A stretch of 10,376 bases of DNA from Promethearchaeia archaeon (GTDB lineage Archaea > Asgardarchaeota > Lokiarchaeia > Sigyniarchaeales > SOKP01): contig JAHQWG010000005.1 of NCBI GenBank assembly GCA_029856045.1, forward strand, positions 1 to 10,376, in the 5' to 3' direction. The stretch's first letter is position 1. Every line of letters starts with the position of its first letter. Made by a program: the position numbers and the translations under genes. The notes under the pieces were generated by a model. The model was not told where the DNA came from. It searched no databases and worked only from the letters and a program-made list of their open reading frames with translations. Below, piece after piece: positions 7,110 through 10,376 of this stretch.

Positions 7110-8354
7110 ATGAAGGTATATAGAAGATTTGAACTCTTTAAGGACGTTCCAGATGAACAATGGAATGATTGGAAATGGCAGTTTAAAAATAGAATAACAA
7201 CTTTAGATGAGCTAAAAAAATACATTCCTTTAAGTAGAGAGGAAGAGGAAGGAATAAAGAAATGTTTAGAATCTTTGAGGATGGCAGTGACTCCCTATTA
7301 TTTATCATTGATAGATATCAATGATAAAGATGATCCCGTAAGAAAACAAGCAATCCCTACAGTATTTGAATTAGAAAAGTGTGAAGATGATCTCCATGAT
7401 CCTCTTCATGAAGAAGAAGATGCACCAGTTAAGGGTTTAACTCATAGATATCCAGATAGAGTACTTTTTTTAATCACAGAGAATTGCTCAATGTATTGTA
7501 GACATTGTACAAGGAGAAGATTTGCTGGACATCATGATAAAGCTCCCCCAAAGTCGCAAATCAATAATGCAATTGAATATATTGCCAAAACTCCAGCTAT
7601 AAGGGACGTTTTATTGTCTGGAGGAGATGCTTTGTTAGTTTCTAATAAAGAATTGGAGTATATAATAAAAAAGTTAAAAGAGATACCCCATGTTGAAATT
7701 ATTCGTATAGGTTCAAGAGCTCCCGTTGTAATGCCCCAAAGGATTAATCAAGAATTAGTTGATATGCTTAAAAAATACCATCCGATTTGGTTTAATACTC
7801 ACTTTAATCATCCAAATGAGATTACTGAGGAGTCTAAAAGAGCTTGTGAAATGATTGCTGATGCGGGAATACCTCTCGGGAATCAATCAGTATTATTAAG
7901 AGGAGTAAATGACTGTATTCATGTAATGAAAAAACTAGTCCATGAACTGGTAAAAATAAGAGTTAGACCATATTATCTTTACCAATGTGATTTATCTATG
8001 GGACTTAAGCATTTTAGAACAAGTATCGCTCAAGGTATTGAAATTATCGAGGGTCTAAGGGGTCATACTTCCGGTTTATGTGTGCCTACATTTGTAGTTG
8101 ATGCACCAGGTGGTGGTGGGAAAATACCTGTTATGCCAAATTATGTTATTTCACAGGGAAATACTCGAGTTGTATTAAGAAATTTTGAAGGAGTTATTAC
8201 AACTTATGCAGAACCATCAGATTATCAAGCAACATGTAATTGTGAAGATCGAGAAAAACTAATTGGAGTTGCGGGATTATTAAGTGGACAAAAGGTTACG
8301 ATAGAACCAGAAGATCTAGAACGTAATATAAGGAAAAGGAGTTTAAGTAAATAA
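7110..8354 (+). CDS. kamA: L-lysine 2,3-aminomutase (radical SAM, PLP)
   Basis: WNDWKWQ, GLTHRYPDRVL, CxxxCxxC motif (CSMYCRHCTRRR), LLSGGD, HFNHP, NQSVLLRGVND, PYYLYQCD, GHTSG and DAPGGGGK (PLP lysine). Confidence 0.97.
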   Translation: MKVYRRFELFKDVPDEQWNDWKWQFKNRITTLDELKKYIPLSREEEEGIKKCLESLRMAVTPYYLSLIDINDKDDPVRKQAIPTVFELEKCEDDLHDPLHEEEDAPVKGLTHRYPDRVLFLITENCSMYCRHCTRRRFAGHHDKAPPKSQINNAIEYIAKTPAIRDVLLSGGDALLVSNKELEYIIKKLKEIPHVEIIRIGSRAPVVMPQRINQELVDMLKKYHPIWFNTHFNHPNEITEESKRACEMIADAGIPLGNQSVLLRGVNDCIHVMKKLVHELVKIRVRPYYLYQCDLSMGLKHFRTSIAQGIEIIEGLRGHTSGLCVPTFVVDAPGGGGKIPVMPNYVISQGNTRVVLRNFEGVITTYAEPSDYQATCNCEDREKLIGVAGLLSGQKVTIEPEDLERNIRKRSLSK

Positions 8355-8406
8355 AAGTATAAGCATTGAAAATAATTATTATAATAATATCTATTCTTTA
8401 AATAGT

Positions 8407-8411
8407 GGGAG
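8407..8411 (+). promoter_or_regulatory. Shine-Dalgarno site of the kamB-like gene
   Basis: GGGAG 6 nt upstream of ATG 8418. Confidence 0.55.
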
Positions 8412-8417
8412 AATCCG

Positions 8418-9443
8418 ATGCAACTTCTTGATATGATTAAAGAATATAAAATTATATCAATTATTGGATTGGGTAAAAATACAGGAAAAACGACAACCCT
8501 TAACCATCTGATAAAAAATTTAACCTTAATGGGAAAAAAGTTATCTCTTACTTCAATAGGGAGAGATGGAGAAAAGTATGATGTTATTACTCGTTTACCA
8601 AAACCACGAATTTATATTGAGAAAGGAACTTATGTAGCAACAGCAGAAAAGAGTCTCGATAATAGTAATATTAAGATAGAACTTATTAAAACTACAGGAT
8701 TTAACACGCCATTAGGAGTAGTTAAAATATTAAAGGCAATGAGCAGTGGCTATATTGAACTAGCAGGTCCATCGATAAATAAATATCTATCTAATATCTG
8801 TTTAGAATTAATCAATTTAGGATGTGATATTATTTTAGTGGATGGTGCATTTGATAGAAGATCATATGCGGCTCCTTTAATATCTGATGCTACAATTCTT
8901 TCAACGGGGGCATCTATTTCAGAAAATATGCATAAAGTTGTTGATTTAACCGCTCATACAGTTAAATTATTAACCATAGAAAATGAAAAAGAAGAAGAAA
9001 TACTCAAATTGGCTAATGAAATTTTTAAAAACTCAAAAATTGGGATTATTGATTCAAAAAATTCTATAAAAATGTTAGATATAATAACATCATTGGACGC
9101 AGCTACAGAGATAAATGAAAATTTAAATAGTAACTCAAAATACGTTGTAATAAAAGGACCAATTTCTGATAAATTATTAAGCGATTTAATGGATTCTACT
9201 GATAAATATAAAGGAGTTACATTTTTGGTAGAGGATGGTACAAAATTATTTTTAAGTAAAGGTATAATGGAAAAATTCCAAAAGAAAGGCGGTATTTTAA
9301 AAGTATTAAACCCAATAAAATTAATTGCTGTAACTGCAAATCCAACTTCTCCATTTGAATATGAGTTTGATAAAAATGAATTTCTAAAATTATTAAAAGA
9401 AAATATTAATATCCCTATTTATGATCTTGGATCTAATGATTAA
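8418..9443 (+). CDS. kamB: KamB-like P-loop protein, putative subunit of the lysine 5,6-aminomutase reactivating factor
   Basis: N-terminal SIIGLGKNTGKTT P-loop, TSIGRDGE..D......KPRI, TPLG, IELAGP, LVDGAFDRRS.A.P..SDA.ILSTGA, DGTKLF and NPTSP. About 340 aa and immediately after kamA, as in bacterial lysine clusters. Confidence 0.78.
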   Translation: MQLLDMIKEYKIISIIGLGKNTGKTTTLNHLIKNLTLMGKKLSLTSIGRDGEKYDVITRLPKPRIYIEKGTYVATAEKSLDNSNIKIELIKTTGFNTPLGVVKILKAMSSGYIELAGPSINKYLSNICLELINLGCDIILVDGAFDRRSYAAPLISDATILSTGASISENMHKVVDLTAHTVKLLTIENEKEEEILKLANEIFKNSKIGIIDSKNSIKMLDIITSLDAATEINENLNSNSKYVVIKGPISDKLLSDLMDSTDKYKGVTFLVEDGTKLFLSKGIMEKFQKKGGILKVLNPIKLIAVTANPTSPFEYEFDKNEFLKLLKENINIPIYDLGSND

Positions 9444-9552
9444 CTAAAACCGTTTTGATTAAAAAATGAAAAGATTGGGGGTTTTAGACGTAAATAAAAA
9501 ATTGTAAATATAATCAAAAATATAAAAAAATATCATATTTAAAGTGAAAAAA

Positions 9553-10376
9553 TTGAATGATAAAGCAGTAAATAGCAAATTGAATTTAGATTTCTCAATA
9601 GTAAAAAAGGCAAGAGAGGCAGCAAAAAAAATTGCTTTAGACACCCAAAAATTCATAGATAAACACACTACAACGTCAATTGAAAGAACTGTCTGTAGAT
9701 TACTTGGTATAGATGGGTTAAATGAATTTGGTGTTCCTTTACCGAATTTAGTTGTGGATAATATTAATAAAGCCAAGAAGCTTGGAAAAGGTGTTGCTAT
9801 CTTTATTGGAAATGCAATTCTCCATACAAAATTATCCCCTCAAGAGATTGCTGAAAAAATATCGAAAGATGAACTTGATTTAACAAAACTTCCTATGAAT
9901 GATTTATCTGAAATAAAGGAGAATATCACCAAATTTACTAAACTAACTATTAAAAAAATTATAAATAATAAAGAAAAGAGAGAAGCTTATCTTGAAAAAT
10001 TTGGCGATAAGGAAGGTCCTCTTCTCTATATAATTGTCGCAACGGGAAATATTTATGAAGATATCACTCAAGCAAAAGCTGCCGCAAAACAAGGAGCAGA
10101 TATCATTGCGGTTATAAGATCTACTGGACAGAGTCTTCTTGATTATGTGCCTTATGGTGCAACAACAGAAGGATTTGGTGGTACTTATGCAACCCAAGAA
10201 AATTTTAGGCTTATGAGAAAAGCTTTAGATGAAGTTGGAGAAGAATTGGGAAGATATATAAGATTAACTAATTATTGTTCTGGACTTTGCATGCCTGAAA
10301 TAGCCGCTATGGGAGCATTTGAGAGACTTGATGTGATGCTTAATGATGCTCTTTATGGAATATTATTTAGAGATAT
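9553..10376 (+). CDS. kamD: Beta-lysine/D-lysine 5,6-aminomutase alpha subunit (partial, runs off the window; not in ORF track)
   Basis: Frame 1 has no stop from 9544 to the end. It reads NSKLNLDFSIVKKAREAAKKIALDTQKFIDKHTTTSIERTVCRLLGIDG...PLLYIIVATGNIYEDITQAKAAAKQGADIIAVIRSTGQSLLDYVPYGATTEGFGGTYATQENFRLMRKALDEVG...NYCSGLCMPEIAAMGAFERLDVMLNDALYGILFRD, closely matching clostridial KamD. The start is TTG 9553 or GTG 9544; no in-frame ATG precedes the conserved N-terminus. Confidence 0.95.
   Translation, partial: MNDKAVNSKLNLDFSIVKKAREAAKKIALDTQKFIDKHTTTSIERTVCRLLGIDGLNEFGVPLPNLVVDNINKAKKLGKGVAIFIGNAILHTKLSPQEIAEKISKDELDLTKLPMNDLSEIKENITKFTKLTIKKIINNKEKREAYLEKFGDKEGPLLYIIVATGNIYEDITQAKAAAKQGADIIAVIRSTGQSLLDYVPYGATTEGFGGTYATQENFRLMRKALDEVGEELGRYIRLTNYCSGLCMPEIAAMGAFERLDVMLNDALYGILFRD

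Noticed and set aside
7110-8354. kamA as EF-P beta-lysylation EpmB or methanogen ablA
   Set aside because: Its length, C-terminal extension and kal/kce/kdd/kamD context indicate the catabolic enzyme; no epmA/efp or ablB acetyltransferase is adjacent.
9452-9487. SECIS-like ATGA...GA element
   Set aside because: The spacing is far too short for a SECIS helix and no in-frame TGA candidate selenoprotein is present in the window.
9459-10197. Minus-strand ORFs 9459..9776 and 9943..10197
   Set aside because: Antisense to the clearly conserved kamD frame, which the ORF track missed because it lacks a stop within the window.
1-10376. CRISPR array, transposase, integrase, tRNA or rRNA
   Set aside because: No regularly spaced repeats, mobile-element ORFs or structured GC-rich RNA genes were seen.

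Overview
Very AT-rich window with two halves, probably from an archaeon of the Asgard group (Lokiarchaeia-like); this taxonomy is inferred from gene content, not searched. Left half (1-3639): a longin-like plus coiled-coil protein whose start codon lies just off the window edge, a convergent archaeal DRG/OBG-family GTPase with TGS domain (atypical G1/G3 motifs, probable CTG start), a stand-alone longin-like protein, and folD. After a 360-bp divergent intergenic region, the right half (4000-10376) is a lysine fermentation cluster in the Fusobacterium/Clostridia-type gene order kal-kce-kdd-kamA-kamB-kamD; kamD runs off the window and is absent from the ORF track. It departs from the canonical cluster in two ways. 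A TylM1/DesVI-like N,N-dimethyltransferase gene sits between kce and kdd, and the MutS-like kamC is missing between kamB and kamD. The methyltransferase-containing beta-lysine pathway cluster is the best candidate for an undescribed system. No RNA genes, CRISPR arrays or mobile elements were seen. All family assignments come from motif recognition from memory.
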